The position numbers were made by a program, and so were the translations under genes. A stretch of 63,904 bases of DNA, filler included, from Octopus bimaculoides (lineage: Eukaryota), in NCBI RefSeq assembly GCF_001194135.2. It is 6 parts of 3 records of this genome, joined end to end, with 100 filler letters (N's around TTAATTAATTAA, not from the genome) between each part and the next. Parts side by side here need not be neighbours in the genome. Positions count along the whole stretch, not along the records: positions 43,159 to 60,867 come from NC_068994.1; positions 60,968 to 62,481 come from NC_068986.1; positions 62,582 to 63,904 come from NC_069006.1; 3 more parts are not named here. The stretch is one strand, 5' to 3'. The notes under the pieces are model-generated. The model was not told where the DNA came from. It made no database searches and saw only the letters and a program-made list of their open reading frames with translations. Below, in pieces: positions 50,901 to 63,201 of this stretch; position 1 is the first letter of the stretch; each line of letters starts with the position of its first letter.

Positions 50901-51653
50901 CTGTGTGAAAAAGTGTCACACCCTAGCGGTTGAGGGAACCTGTGGAAGAGGTAGACCCAGGAAGACCTGGGACGAGGTGGTGAAGCATGACCTTTGAACA
51001 TTGGACCTTACCGAGGCAATGGCTAGTGACCAAGACCTTTGGAGATATGCTTTGCTTGAGAAGACCTGACAAGCCAAGTGAGACCATCTATGCCAGTGGT
51101 GTATAACCAGTCCACTTATCAATGCCCTTGTGAAAAGCTGTTGAGGTAAGTGAAATCAAAATCGCTGATGTGGCTGAAGACAGTACTGCTTGATTGACAC
51201 TCATGCCAGTGGAACATTAACAGCACCAACCGAGTGTGATCACTGCCACTGCCACTGACTGGCTCCCATGCTGGTGACACATAAAAAGCACCATTCAAAC
51301 GTGACTATTGCTAGCATCGCCTTACTGGCACATGTGCCGGTGACATGTGAAAAACAACATTCAAGCGTGGTCGTTGCCATTGCCGCTGGACTGGCTCCTG
51401 TGCAGGTGGCATGTGAAAAACACCTTTTGAGCATGGTCATTGCCAGTACCGCCTGACTGGCCATCGTGCCAGTGGCACGTAAAAGCATCCACTACACTCT
51501 TGGAGTTGTTAGCTTTAGGAAGGGCATCCAGATGTAGAAACGTTGCCAGATCAGACTGGAGTCTGGTGCAGCCTTCTGGCTCTCCAGTCCTCAGTCAAAC
51601 CGTCCATCCCATGCAAGCATGGAAAGCAGACATTAAACGACGATGATGATGAT
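47940..51653 (+). mobile_element. Near full-length RTE-clade LINE (APE endonuclease + RT), inactivated
   Basis: IGTLNVGTL...VDVCCIQEVRW APE motif (about 48230-48330); GKAPGQSG, HQGSVLS and YADD (50128-50139); YLG; 3' UTR repeats; ends GCATGGAAAGCAGACATTAAAC(GAT)n; multiple stops and frameshifts; 5' boundary approximate. Confidence 0.9.
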
Positions 51654-51659
51654 CATTAT

Positions 51660-51845
51660 TATTAAGATGGTTAGCAGCATTTTGTCCATCTTAACATTCA
51701 GAGATCAAATTCCTCTGTGGTTGACTTTGCCTTTCCTCCATTTTTAGGAGTTGATAAAATAAGTACCAGCTGAGTACTGAGGTCGATGTAACTGATTAGC
51801 CTGCTTCCCCAAACTTGCTAAAATTTGTGCTAAAATTTGAAACTA
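51660..51845 (+). mobile_element. SINE family B, decayed and internally deleted
   Basis: GTTGACTTTGCCTTTC...GATAAAATAAGTACCAG core. Confidence 0.75.
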
Positions 51846-51879
51846 TTATTATTATAATTATTATCGTTATTTACTTTTA

Positions 51880-52392
51880 ATCTGCATGTCTGTTACAATC
51901 ACTCACCAAGACACACTCAGTGTCCTAGGACGAGTGAAGGATAAGAGATGTTACAGTATGACTGAAAGCTTGTGGTGGAAAAGTGGAAGGGACAGTAGTG
52001 AAATATTTTCATGTAATACAACACAGCCATCTAAATTGATAGGGTTTTTCTAAGGATATGGGCAGTACTTGTCAGCACCATCTTTTGGATTTCTCTGAGA
52101 CATGGTTCTCCTGGAATGTTGTTCAGATGTTCCTCATACCTAGAACACCTACAATAACAGGAATAGTTGTTGCTCTAAGATACCACATCATTTATATTTC
52201 AATTTCCAGGTCCTTATATTTACTTTATTTGTCAAATTCCTTGACAGATATATTTTTATCAGTGGGGACACTTACATCTATTAGTGTACAAGTATTTTCT
52301 TCCCTGTCTTTGATAATTATGTCTGGTTGATTATCCTTGATCGTTCTGTCAGTGTTGACTGGAAAATCCCAAAGGGTAGTGACATTTTTATC
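51880..52392 (-). mobile_element. 5'-truncated R4/Dong copy (restriction-like endonuclease + 3' UTR)
   Basis: TLWDFPVNTDRTIKDNQPDIIIKDREENTCTLIDVSVPTDKNISVKEFDK, a PD-(D/E)xK motif; (TTA)n on both sides. Confidence 0.85.
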
Positions 52393-52411
52393 TATTATTA
52401 TTATCATTATG

Positions 52412-55400
52412 ATCACTACTATGAAAGACTCTTGGGTAGTTCTTAATTACTGGTTATTCTTTACTTGAAATCAGGCAACAACAAATCACCAAAGGTTTCA
52501 AGTAGTTCTTTCTCCTGTGACTCAAAGAGTGTGAGCTGTACCCAACAATGCTATTTTTTGGATCACCTCAAGCCTGACAGCATCTCCAGTATTCTTAATA
52601 TGTTTTTCAAAGCCCTTGGAAACTGCCCCTAATGCTCCAGTTACCACCAGTATCACTACTACTTGCCTCATGCCCCATAACTTTCCTATTTCCTCCCACA
52701 GTGGCTGGTATTTCTCAGTCTTTTCTGTTTCCTTATATTTCACCTTCAAATCGCGTGGTATTGCAATATCTATTATCTTTACTTCTTTTTCATCTTTATG
52801 GATGAGCATGATATCTGATCATCTCACCTCTATCACTTGGTCGCACTGCATATTAAAATCCCAGAGTATTTTGTAATGTTCTTTTTCCATTACTCCCTCT
52901 GGCTCAAGTTCATACCATTGTTTGGCTCACTTGCAGTTTGCTTTACTGCACAACATCCAGTGGACATATCTGGCCACATTGTTGTATCTCCTTTTATATT
53001 CATGTTGTGCAAGCTTACAGCACTTACTAACAATATGGTTTATACTTTCTCCCTTCTCAGAGCACATCCTACACTGTGATATTTGGAGTAGTTTGTTCTG
53101 AGAGCTTGTTCTTGAGCACTGCACACTAATGCTTCAGTGGGCCCTTTTAAGTCTCCTTTCTGCAGCCATTGCCAGGTTCTATTCCAATCAATCTCATCTT
53201 TATTCTTCAAGAATTGACTGTGCATTTTCTTGTCCTACCAAATTTTCTTCATCTGCTCTCTCTTGTCTTTCTTAAATTGTATTGGATCTACCGCTTCGTT
53301 CACTTTTAAGGTTCCCTACATTTTCACTGCTTCAATCATTTCTTCTTTACTCCCCTTGATATACCAAGCCAGGGTATTCTCCTCTTCCCTTACACAACTT
53401 TCACAACACTTATCCTTGTCCTCCTTCCCTCCTCTTTACATAAATCTTGATACATCATTCATGCGTTGTAGTTCCTTGTTCATTCTCATTAATTTACATG
53501 TTCTCCAGTCTATCTCTTGTAATTCATGCTTCTTCCAAGATAATATTCCTACCCCATATCTCATCAAAGCAACAGCCCATGTGTTAATTGTTCTAATCTT
53601 AAAGCGGCCATTTAGCTTCAATTGGAGCACAAACCAAGTTCTCCTCAAATACTCTTTCCTGTACATTTCTTTCATCTTGTGTTCATTCATCTTATCTCTT
53701 TCAATGATACCCAGATACTTATATCTTTGCCAAAATTTTTATACTTGCCAAATTTTTGCATCTCTTCTTGCAATCAGCCAGGATAGTCTTATTGATTAGT
53801 AATTGATCCTTCATTCCCCTGCTCTTATGTCTACACCCCTTTTGTTCCACTGCTAGTAGATCATTCTCATCTTGGTACTTATAGATGCTCTTTGATATGA
53901 TGCCTGTCATCAGTTTCCACATCAGTGGTAAACAAGATATATTGGTTAGGAATTTCTAACTGCATTCCCTTTACTTGGTTCCTTCTGGCATAGTACCATT
54001 CTTCCTTTTGCCATCCAGGCTGGTACTTGAATGTCACTATTCAGTATTTCGTCCAGCTGTCTCACAATTCTCCTATGCAGAGCTGTCAAGTTATTAAGCC
54101 AAACGCCCTGAACCCCATCTGGGCCAGGCACTTTCCAGTTAGGAATTTTCCTGCTCTGATCTTTAATCATCTCCTTAGTTACTCTCAGATCATCCTGCTG
54201 ATACTCTCCATTCTCCTCTTTGAGTGTCTTTAACCACTCTGCTTCAGTTTCATGTTGTTTTTCCTGAGACCATATGTTTGATCAGAATCTTTTACTTTCT
54301 TCAGCATCCGGCACTGCTTTTTCACCTTTTTCCTTCCGACCCAGTTCCTGATAGACTCGTTTCTGATTTTGTTCAAAAAGTCTGTTTAATCTGTACTGCT
54401 CAATTCTCTGTTCATATCTCTTTAGATTATGTGCTTTAGCTTTCAACCTCTGTTTTAATACCTCAATCACAACATTGATTTCCTTTCTCTTCACCCTAGA
54501 CTTCCTCTCTAGCTCAACATATTTCTCTCACTGAACTTCATTTCTCTTTTTCTATTCCAGAATATCAATATGCTTTATGGCCTCATTAATAGACTGCGTT
54601 ATTCTCTTTTTCCATCATGGTTCTTTCAGGTTATGTTGTCATTTACTTTTGGCTTTCAAACCTAACTTCCAGGCTATAAAGATCAAGATTGCATTTATCA
54701 GATTGCTGGTGTCTGTGATGTTATCAGTCTTGATATCACCAGTGATATCATTTATCTTCCTGACTCATTCATTGAGTTTCTTTCTGTCTACTTTTTTAAA
54801 CCTTGCATGAAAGCTCTGTTCATCAGAAGTCCAAATATCAATGATGTCATTTAAAATGGATATTTGTTCCTCGGTTCTCTCATTGCTTTCCCGATCAATA
54901 ATCATAGCCTCATGCTCATTTTTTTCCTTTAACTCCACTGCCATAGTTTCCCTATCTGCATTCTCTTTCTCATCCTTCCGTTCACTGCTGGTCTTACTAT
55001 ACCTAAGCACCCGTCTGTTAATGCTTTCTAGTTCAACTGGAGATAACCATTCATACTTTCTGATGGCTCTAGCTTGGTCACACAGATTTTGCTCACTTAA
55101 TTCAAATAGGCCGCTGTTGCTCTGTGCCTTGTGCATTCTTTTTGTATATCTCCTAGCAGGTACTTTATCACTGGGTGAGAGATCTTCACAAGATGTTCCA
55201 GCCTCATTCATGCCATTCTAATTTCTATTTTTATTTGACATTTCAGCTCTCATGATGAGGGTTAGTGAATTTTAGGTTGCACAACCACCAGTATTTTTTT
55301 CCCCCTTACACCATCACTGACAGGATCTCCAGCCTAGGATGTAAGATTCCTGTAATCTTGGTTTAATTTTTGGAGTTTCCATCTCCTAGAAGGAGTGTTC

Positions 55401-55420
55401 AGGTATTATGATTGCTTCTG
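52412..55420 (-). mobile_element. Near full-length R4/Dong element with the RT core deleted
   Basis: N-terminal YTKRM...SEQNLCDQARAI..EWLS.VELE; KVPGPDGVQ; EQKGC; KNLA joined almost directly to YKYLGI; CRMC-x6-INHIVSKC knuckle; IIDIAIP...EKTEKYQPL endonuclease; many stops. Confidence 0.9.
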
Positions 55421-55729
55421 CTTCTTAGGTGTGGCCGTTGCCTCGTACGAGTTCATAAAAAAAAAAAAAAATTCCCTTTCTCTCAGTTTGAATATGAAGA
55501 AGAGGTGGTGGGGATGGGACGGTGGTCGCACCAACCTCATGGCAAAGTGATCTTTTCATTACAGTAGCTCCAGTTCAGTATAAATCTAGCTAGATAGTAA
55601 TATTCTGAGAAGATAAATAAAAAAAGAGGAAGAGGAAATTTTTAACTAACTTTCTTTGCTTCATGGCAAAGCGGTCTATTATTATTATTATTGTTATTAT
55701 TATTATCATCATCATCTTCTTTCAATTTA

Positions 55730-55820
55730 GTTTCCATTTTCTTTCCGAGTGTCTTCCTGACACCTAGGGCAGAGAAACTCACTGTATACATTGGTAGGCC
55801 ATCAAAATAAACACACCAGA

Positions 55821-55822
<2 letters not shown>
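55730..55822 (-). mobile_element. Short unique insert between (TTA)n tracts, possibly another R4/Dong 3' end
   Basis: Position and size parallel 9001-9082; no direct homology to other copies confirmed. Confidence 0.35.
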
Positions 55823-55862
<40 letters not shown>

Positions 55863-56718
55863 GCAATATCATTTTAATGATGGTAGTAATCAACTGAATG
55901 ATTTATGTTTCTATTGTCATCAAATGATGTATTCAGAAAGACATGTCTGACCTCTCAGCTTTTGTGTTGGTCATGTTTTAGAACCCGTTCATATAAAACA
56001 ATGAAAAACAGAGGTGGTTTCTTAAAAAGTAAGATTTCTTGTTGAATCTATTCATTACAGTGACATTGTAGAATATTTTCAAATCCTACCTGCAACTGTG
56101 TGTGTCATTTATCTCAATCAGAAACGAATAGAAATTTCCAACAAATGACATCCAAATGAGAATTTCTTGCACTTTGCTTCCTGCTATGTTTTCTAGATTT
56201 GTCTAAAAGATCTGGAACAAATATTTTGCTGGAAATTCTTGTTTTTATCCACAACTTCATTGGTTGTTTTCTTAAGGTTTCTGAAGGAATTAGTTCTTAC
56301 AATGCTTTGTTGTTCTTGTTGTCTAATCTTTTGCTTTGTCTTTTAAGCATTTTTTTTTTTAGCATAAACACAAATGTATAGATACTTCACATACACAATT
56401 CAAATACATATGATGGAGCCTATACGTGCCCCATCATGACATGTATGCCATCACACCATTACTCAAACCATATTTCAACAACTACCATCAACCATCACCT
56501 CCATCAGACCATCACAGCTTCCATCGTCACAATCACTAGCAAGGGTTGCCCATGTTTCTCAGTTAGCCATAGACAGAGTTTTAGCATCAGTAAAATTTAT
56601 CATATAAGACTTCACTATCATCATAATCATCTTCATCCTTACCATTAACCCCATCTTCAACATTATCATCACTATCGTTATCATTCTCTTCATTATCACT
56701 TTCATCATCATTCTCTTT

Positions 56719-57723
56719 ATTACCTCTGCCTTAGCGATGGTGGAGGTATTGTTTTCAGTCGTGTTTGTTTGTTTGTCCATGGACAAGATATCTCAAGAAC
56801 CGCTGGATGGATTTGGATGAAACTTTCAGGGATGTTTGTCCTCGTGACTGGCACTAACTGATTAGATTTTGGGATCGATCTGGTACCACACAAGGATTCT
56901 GGATTATTTGTTATATTTACTTTACACAAAGTATTATGATCTTACGTTCACTTTCAAGTCCTTCTCTGATTATCTCCCTTAAAAGCATGCTCATGGTTTC
57001 CACATAAGTTATGGCAACATTACTGTTTCTAAAATGTTATTTTCGTTTCTCTATTATTAATTTTACTCACGTCTCTATCTTAATAGAAACTGATGGATAA
57101 AGAGAAATCAAACTACATAAACAAACAGCAGCAAAACTGTTCAGACATTAAATAACACTAACATATTTAGGAACAATAATAAATTTAATTTATCTTCGAC
57201 AATTTTTAGTTTTACCAATTTTGAATATATTGCTCCTGTTTAAAACCTCTTACCTACCTGACAATTGTCTTTCTAGTTCTACCTTGAAGGAAGCTTTACT
57301 CCTTGGACTCATGTAGGTCCTTTCCATTTTCTTTCACGCAATGCTAAATTTTTCACTATAGACCTTAATGGTCATAAAGATACTATATCAGTGGATAGAC
57401 TAAAAAAGGCCTTCATAGAGAAAACTGTCCTTGTTACCACTGCAGATAACACACACAACATTACAAACACAGCCCACACACTTACCTTTACATTTCATGA
57501 CAACCATTGTGATTGATCAGGTACTGGACAAGGATTCTGGATTATTTTACCGTTTTTTTTTACTTAATTTTTGAGAGCAGTCGGGTTCATTTTCTGTATT
57601 CTCATTTGTTAGAGCAGTTGAGTTTATTTCAGATATTCTCATTTTAAAAATCATCTCTGACTAATCATCAAGAGGACACTGGCATTGCCTTGGTGACGGT
57701 TTGTACTCTCTGGGTGCTTTTGT
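56719..57723 (+). mobile_element. Helentron-type non-autonomous element (HINE/DINE-like) with about 600-bp internal insert
   Basis: 5' TACCTCTGCC...GGTGGAGGTA hairpin, (GTTT)n/GTCC microsatellite, core repeat GATC.GGTAC...CAAGGATTCTGGATTATTT at 56877 and 57515, 3' end colinear with 22408-22623. Confidence 0.65.
57298..57420 (+). pseudogene. Gypsy integrase C-terminal fragment
   Basis: PWTHVGPFHFLSRNAKFFTIDLNGHKDTISVDRLKKAF fits the GPF...V(S/H)xDRLK (GPY/F) motif. Confidence 0.75.
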
Positions 57724-57724
57724 T

Positions 57725-58115
57725 ATTATTACTATCATCATCATCATTCTCTTCATCATCCCCATCATTACTATCTTTTTATTATCATTACTATCGTCTT
57801 CATTCTCTTCATCCTCACCATCATTATCATTCTCTTTACTATCATTACCATCATCATCATCATTGTTATCATTCTCTTCATTATCACCATCATCATTATT
57901 CTCTTTATCATGACCATTGTCATCATTCCCTTCATTATCATCATCATCATTCTCTTCGTCACTACCATCGTCATCATTCCCCTCATTATCCTTACCATCA
58001 GAATCATTCTCTTCATCATTACTATCATCATTATTTTCTTCTTCCTCACCATTATATTATCATCCCAATGACAATCAACATTTCACTATAATTACCACCA
58101 ATATCATCATCATTA
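57725..58115. repeat. (CAT)-derived minisatellite with CATTCTCTT core (also 56600-56718)
   Basis: Directly visible, period about 30-40 bp. Confidence 0.85.
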
Positions 58116-59202
58116 TTCTTGTTAAATCCTCTTTTTGTCTGCAGTTGTTATACTTGTTTCTGTATTTTATGTGTGTGCATGAGTGTGTGTTGACGGTACA
58201 TTATGCTTTGTCTGTCTGTGTATTGGAGTTATGAGTTAGTAGTATTATGTATGCATTGATGGTATTCTTAGTTAGTAAACAAAAGATGTGGAATATAGAA
58301 ATGTACAGAAGGCAACTAGGGAATAAAAATAGTTAAATTCTTTCAGTAATTTTAATGTTTGTATTTTGATTTTTGTGCTGGCATAGTTTGGACAGTAAAA
58401 CATGAAAACACTCATGCACTTACACATACACAAGCATACATACACATGCATTCACACTCATTCACTTAGACATATTAAATGAAAATATAAAAATAACACA
58501 CAAAAAATATATAATTAATTCTCATCTGTGTGTTTGACCTCAGAAATGATAGCAGGAAGAACCACAGGATTTTTGTGTGAATGAAGAAAAAGAAAAATTT
58601 ATTGTGAATATTACACTTTCCCTCTCATCCAAAACTGAGAAGGGAGGTGGATATGAAAAAGACTGTAATGATTATAATAATGAAATAATAGAATAAAAGC
58701 AGAAATGTTTTCATGATATTGCAGACCTTTAGGAAATTCATCTCTAAAATTTTTTTGTTTCATTTTCAAACAAGATCTTAGAATCAGGTTTCAATAACAA
58801 CAGATATTCTCAGGATAATTTTGATGAAGGTTTTTAGGAGAAATTTTATATTTTGATGTTGTTAATGTTTAACGCACAACTCTGATTTAGCATATTTGTG
58901 ATCAAAAGCATTCCTGCTGTAATCATACCACCTTTTTCGTTTTCAGACACATTTCATCTAAGACTACATTATTCAATGTGTCTTGCCACTTTTAAAATAC
59001 TGATATGTAATTTGAAGGAGACCTGGTTCCTATCTCTAACATTTGTTGGCTCTGACAGTAGCTATTTGATGCAACCTTCATTGCACTTGTATTAGTTATT
59101 GGATTTGTTGTTCTATATACACAAGGCTACTACATACCAAACTACTTTTTCTTCTTTCCTAATATACATCATAAATGTACTTAATATTTATTAAAGACCA
59201 TC

Positions 59203-59808
<606 letters not shown>

Positions 59809-59809
59809 T

Positions 59810-60385
59810 TCATCATCATCATCATCGTTTAACGTCCGCTTTCCATGCTAGCATGGGTTGGACGATTTGACTGAGGACTGGTGAAACCGGATGGCAACAC
59901 CAGGCTCCAGTCTGATTTGGCAGAGTTTCTACAGCTGGATGCCCTTCCTAACGCCAACCACTCAGAGAGTGTAGTGGGTGCTTTTACGTGTCACCCGCAC
60001 GAAAACGGCCACGCTCGAAATGGTGTCTTTTATGTGCCACCCGCACAAGCCAGTCCAGGGGCACTGGCAACGATCTTACTTGGCTTGCCGGGTCTTCTCA
60101 CGCACAGCCCATTTCCAAAGGTCTCGGTCCGTAGTCATCGCCTCGGTGAGGCCCAATGTACGAAGGTCTTGCCTCACCACCTCAGCCCAGGTCTTCCTGG
60201 GCCTACCTCTTCCACGGGTTCCCTCAACTGTTAGGGTGTGGCACTTTTTCACGCAGCTATCCTCCTCCATTCTCACCACATGTCCATACCAGTGCAATCG
60301 TCTCTCTTGCACGCCACAACTGATGCTTCTAATGTTCAGCTTTTCTCTCAAGATACTTACACTCTGACGGGTATTCACATTGACA
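59810..60385 (-). mobile_element. Young 5'-truncated RTE LINE 3' end with (GAT)n tail
   Basis: Homologous to about 50770-51653 (RLHWYGHV...GRGRPRKTW); retains CpGs. Confidence 0.9.
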
Positions 60386-60415
60386 TTGACATTGACTTAT
60401 ATAGAGATATATAAT

Positions 60416-60823
60416 TATATATTTGTGAATAATAATGTGTACTTGCATTTTGCATGTGATTTTCTGTGGGTATATATAAATATTTTCATTTATTCCACTC
60501 ACTATGTTTTGCTGATGAAGGAAACGTCATTGAACTAATCCAGAAATTGATCAATCCAAAACTATCTGAATTATTTTTGAATTTTAAATCAGTCCACTTT
60601 CCCGCTTTCAACCTGTGTATATATAGTGAAGATTTGCAGTGGCTCGATGTTTTTGACATCTATTTTCATCATAGAGACATAGTAGCTTCTGTGCCCTTAA
60701 GTATAATTGTATCCTATACAATTACATATCTTTATATATATGTATTTTACCTAAAAGGTTATTTTTTATATACTGGCCATTGATAAAATTTATTAATTTT
60801 AATGATTTTATTCTTTAATTATG

Positions 60824-60825
<2 letters not shown>
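60416..60825 (+). repeat. Copy 2 of the hammerhead-bearing repeat (blocks A-spacer-B)
   Basis: Inverted and permuted relative to 59327-59808; ends in (TA)n. Confidence 0.9.
60506..60562 (+). ncRNA. Type I hammerhead-ribozyme-like motif
   Basis: Stem I GTTTTG/CAAAAC; core CTGATGA (60512-60518) and GAAA (60543-60546); stem II GGA/TCC; stem III ATT/AAT with palindromic GATC loop; AUC triplet with predicted cut after 60556; one extra A on each side of stem II. Confidence 0.55.
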
Positions 60826-60867
<42 letters not shown>

Positions 60868-60967
60868 NNNNNNNNNNNNNNNNNNNNNNNNNNNNNNNNN
60901 NNNNNNNNNNNTTAATTAATTAANNNNNNNNNNNNNNNNNNNNNNNNNNNNNNNNNNNNNNNNNNNN

Positions 60968-61067
60968 GGTCGAAGGCTAGCACGTGGGGCCAGTGAGAAA
61001 ACAGCGACGTTACAAGAAAGACATGTTCTGATTAGGAGCGATCATGTACCCCGCTGCGGTCGGCAAG
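60968..61067 (+). other. CpG-rich unique segment ending in a consensus 5' splice donor (possible exon end)
   Basis: CAAG|GTAAGT at 61067/61068; one open frame GRRLARGASEKTATLQERHVLIRSDHVPRCGRQ; 5' end lost in gap. Confidence 0.25.
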
Positions 61068-61129
61068 GTAAGTTCCAACGCTTCATTCTGTCCTTTTGCT
61101 TCTTGTTGTCTTCTTCCTCCATCGCACCA

Positions 61130-61925
61130 CAGCCTGGAAGTTGTTTTCTGTAAATGAGTTGAGAACCTTCTGTGATTCACTCTTGATCTCAACAGAGGTA
61201 TTAAAACTGACTTTTGAGCTGCATTTTCATCTTGGGAAAGAGATGGAAGTCTGCTGGTGCTAAATCTGGTGAATAGGGTGGGTGCAGAAGTGATACCATG
61301 TTGTTTTTAGTGAGAAACTTATGAGTGAGGAGAGCTCAGTGACAGAGTGCATTGTCATCATGAAGATCCAATTCTTCATGCTCCATAGATCCAGTTGCTT
61401 TTGCTGATTGTTTCCCTTCAAATGCTTCAAAATATTGCAGGAGAACTCTTGATTGATGGTCTGGCCCTGGGGGATGAATTCTCAATGCACAATACTACAT
61501 TTTTGGGGGTGATACTCGTGGCAAGTCTTCCAGGTTGTTTACTGTCTTCCAGGTCGTTTACTGTCTTTCAGGGACATTCTTCCACTTTTGAAGCACCCAT
61601 GCCACTCAAAACATTGTGTATGACCCATTGCCACATCACTGTAAGCTTCCTGAAGCATGTTCAAAGTCTCTATAGCAGACTTCACAAATTTATTGCAAAA
61701 TTTCACATCGGCTCTTTGTTCCTGTCCATGACAAAATTGCAGACTACAACATACACACGATCACAAAAACACAAATTTCACAACTTGCAAAATAAACACA
61801 GTGAAGTCACTCAGCACACTGGCTTATGAAGGTCATTGTTCGCTGTCACTGCACATGCAGCTGTGTGCTGTCATCTGTTGGTGCACTACAGAACTAGTTC
61901 AGGAAATTTTTGATACCACCTTGTA
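61130..61925 (-). mobile_element. Internally deleted mariner (DD34D) element
   Basis: TA-CAAGGTGGTATCAAAAATTTCC terminus at about 61925; WILHDDNA...LLHPPYSPDLAPADFHLFPKMK. Confidence 0.85.
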
Positions 61926-62112
61926 AATCTCTCTGCCATTGAGGCACACAAGCTATCACACCACAACAAAGACTGGACACTGTGGTGGTTGATTATTCAT
62001 TGTTATACCAATATGGGTGCTTGTAAGTTTTCTTGCATACACACACAGATACAGATGCAAAAGAAAGACAGACTGGACTAAACAGAACAGGAGGAGACAT
62101 GTGGCATGGAAA

Positions 62113-62156
62113 GTTGCTGAAGAGGCCACAAGATGTGTGACGAAATATTTCCAGAC
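62113..62156 (+). ncRNA. Weak minimal hammerhead-like motif
   Basis: CTGAAGA-G..CACA(5)TGTG.C-GAAATATTTC (palindromic); stem I only about 3 bp (TTG/CAG). Confidence 0.3.
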
Positions 62157-62379
62157 AAGGGACATAAAATAAGAACAATAATAAATCTGAAGCGAAGAAT
62201 GAATACACAGTGTGTGTTTATTTGGGGAAAAAAAAAGAAGAAATATGACATCTTGAAATATAAGAATACGTGTGTGTGTGTGTGTTTCACATGAGCAATC
62301 TCATATTTCCTTGCAGCTAACATGTATTGTCCATCCCAGATGAACTCTGACATTTGAACTCTAGTTTTTGACATCTTGA

Positions 62380-62663
62380 AATATGTGAGTGAGTGAGTGA
62401 GTGAGTGAGTGAGTGAGTGAGTGAGTGAGTGAGTGAGTGAGTGAGTGAGTGAGTGAGTGAGTGAGTGAGTGAGTGAGTGAGNNNNNNNNNNNNNNNNNNN
62501 NNNNNNNNNNNNNNNNNNNNNNNNNTTAATTAATTAANNNNNNNNNNNNNNNNNNNNNNNNNNNNNNNNNNNNNNNNNNNNCTACTTTGTAATTTGTCCA
62601 TTTTCTGTATTTAGCCCTGTGTGGCTATAATAAAAAGATATCTATCTATCTATCTATCTAGCC

Positions 62664-62721
<58 letters not shown>

Positions 62722-62725
62722 TTGT
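62380..62725. repeat. (GAGT)n and (TATC)n tetranucleotide repeats
   Basis: Directly visible. Confidence 0.95.
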
Positions 62726-62929
62726 CTATCTTTGTATTTCATACACTTTATCTCTTCCTATAAGTGTGTGTATGTCTGTGTGAGGGGGTGTCTTTCTGTC
62801 TGTCGGTATATGTGTGTGCATGTGTGCATGTGTGTATGCGTGTGTGTGACGTCATGTTTGTATGTGTCGTTATATTCGTGTGTGTGGTTTGTGTGTGGTT
62901 TGTGTTTAATGTCAGCATCAATGTTTATT

Positions 62930-63201
62930 AATGGCTTCAGTTTCATCTTGCGACCCTTCATCGTAATGAAACAGAAGAAATAAATAGCAGTTATACTGAT
63001 GCATCCACGATGTTTTAGCGGGAAAATACTGGGGTACAGAAGACGTAGTTGTCCATCGGCATGAGACGATTCGGTGCAGCCTTTCCGACGTTGACGATGT
63101 AGTAGAGCTGGCTGGGCATTCACTGTTTTGGCGCTGGATGCAAGCAGCATCACGAACACGCACACACACGTGCACATGCGTACAGAAATATACACATGAA
63201 A
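62930..63201 (-). CDS. Speculative coding exon (CpG-rich unique segment downstream of a strong acceptor)
   Basis: Long pyrimidine tract ending TTTTCCCTGTTTAG| at 63202; open frame includes MCTCVCVFVMLLASSAKTVNAQPALLHRQRRKG; an overlapping frame gives MPSQLYYIVNVGKAAPNRLMPMDNYVFCTPVFSR*; no strong donor; no homology recognised. Confidence 0.25.

Noticed and set aside
51250-51500. Regularly spaced repeats resembling a CRISPR array (also the 39-bp and 16-bp arrays)
   Set aside because: Whole units are repeated with no unique spacers, in eukaryotic context with no cas genes.
58898-59095. Plus-strand acceptor TTTTCAG at about 58945 with a 50-codon open frame
   Set aside because: It overlaps a short interspersed repeat related to 16880-16980, has no good donor and gives no recognisable product.
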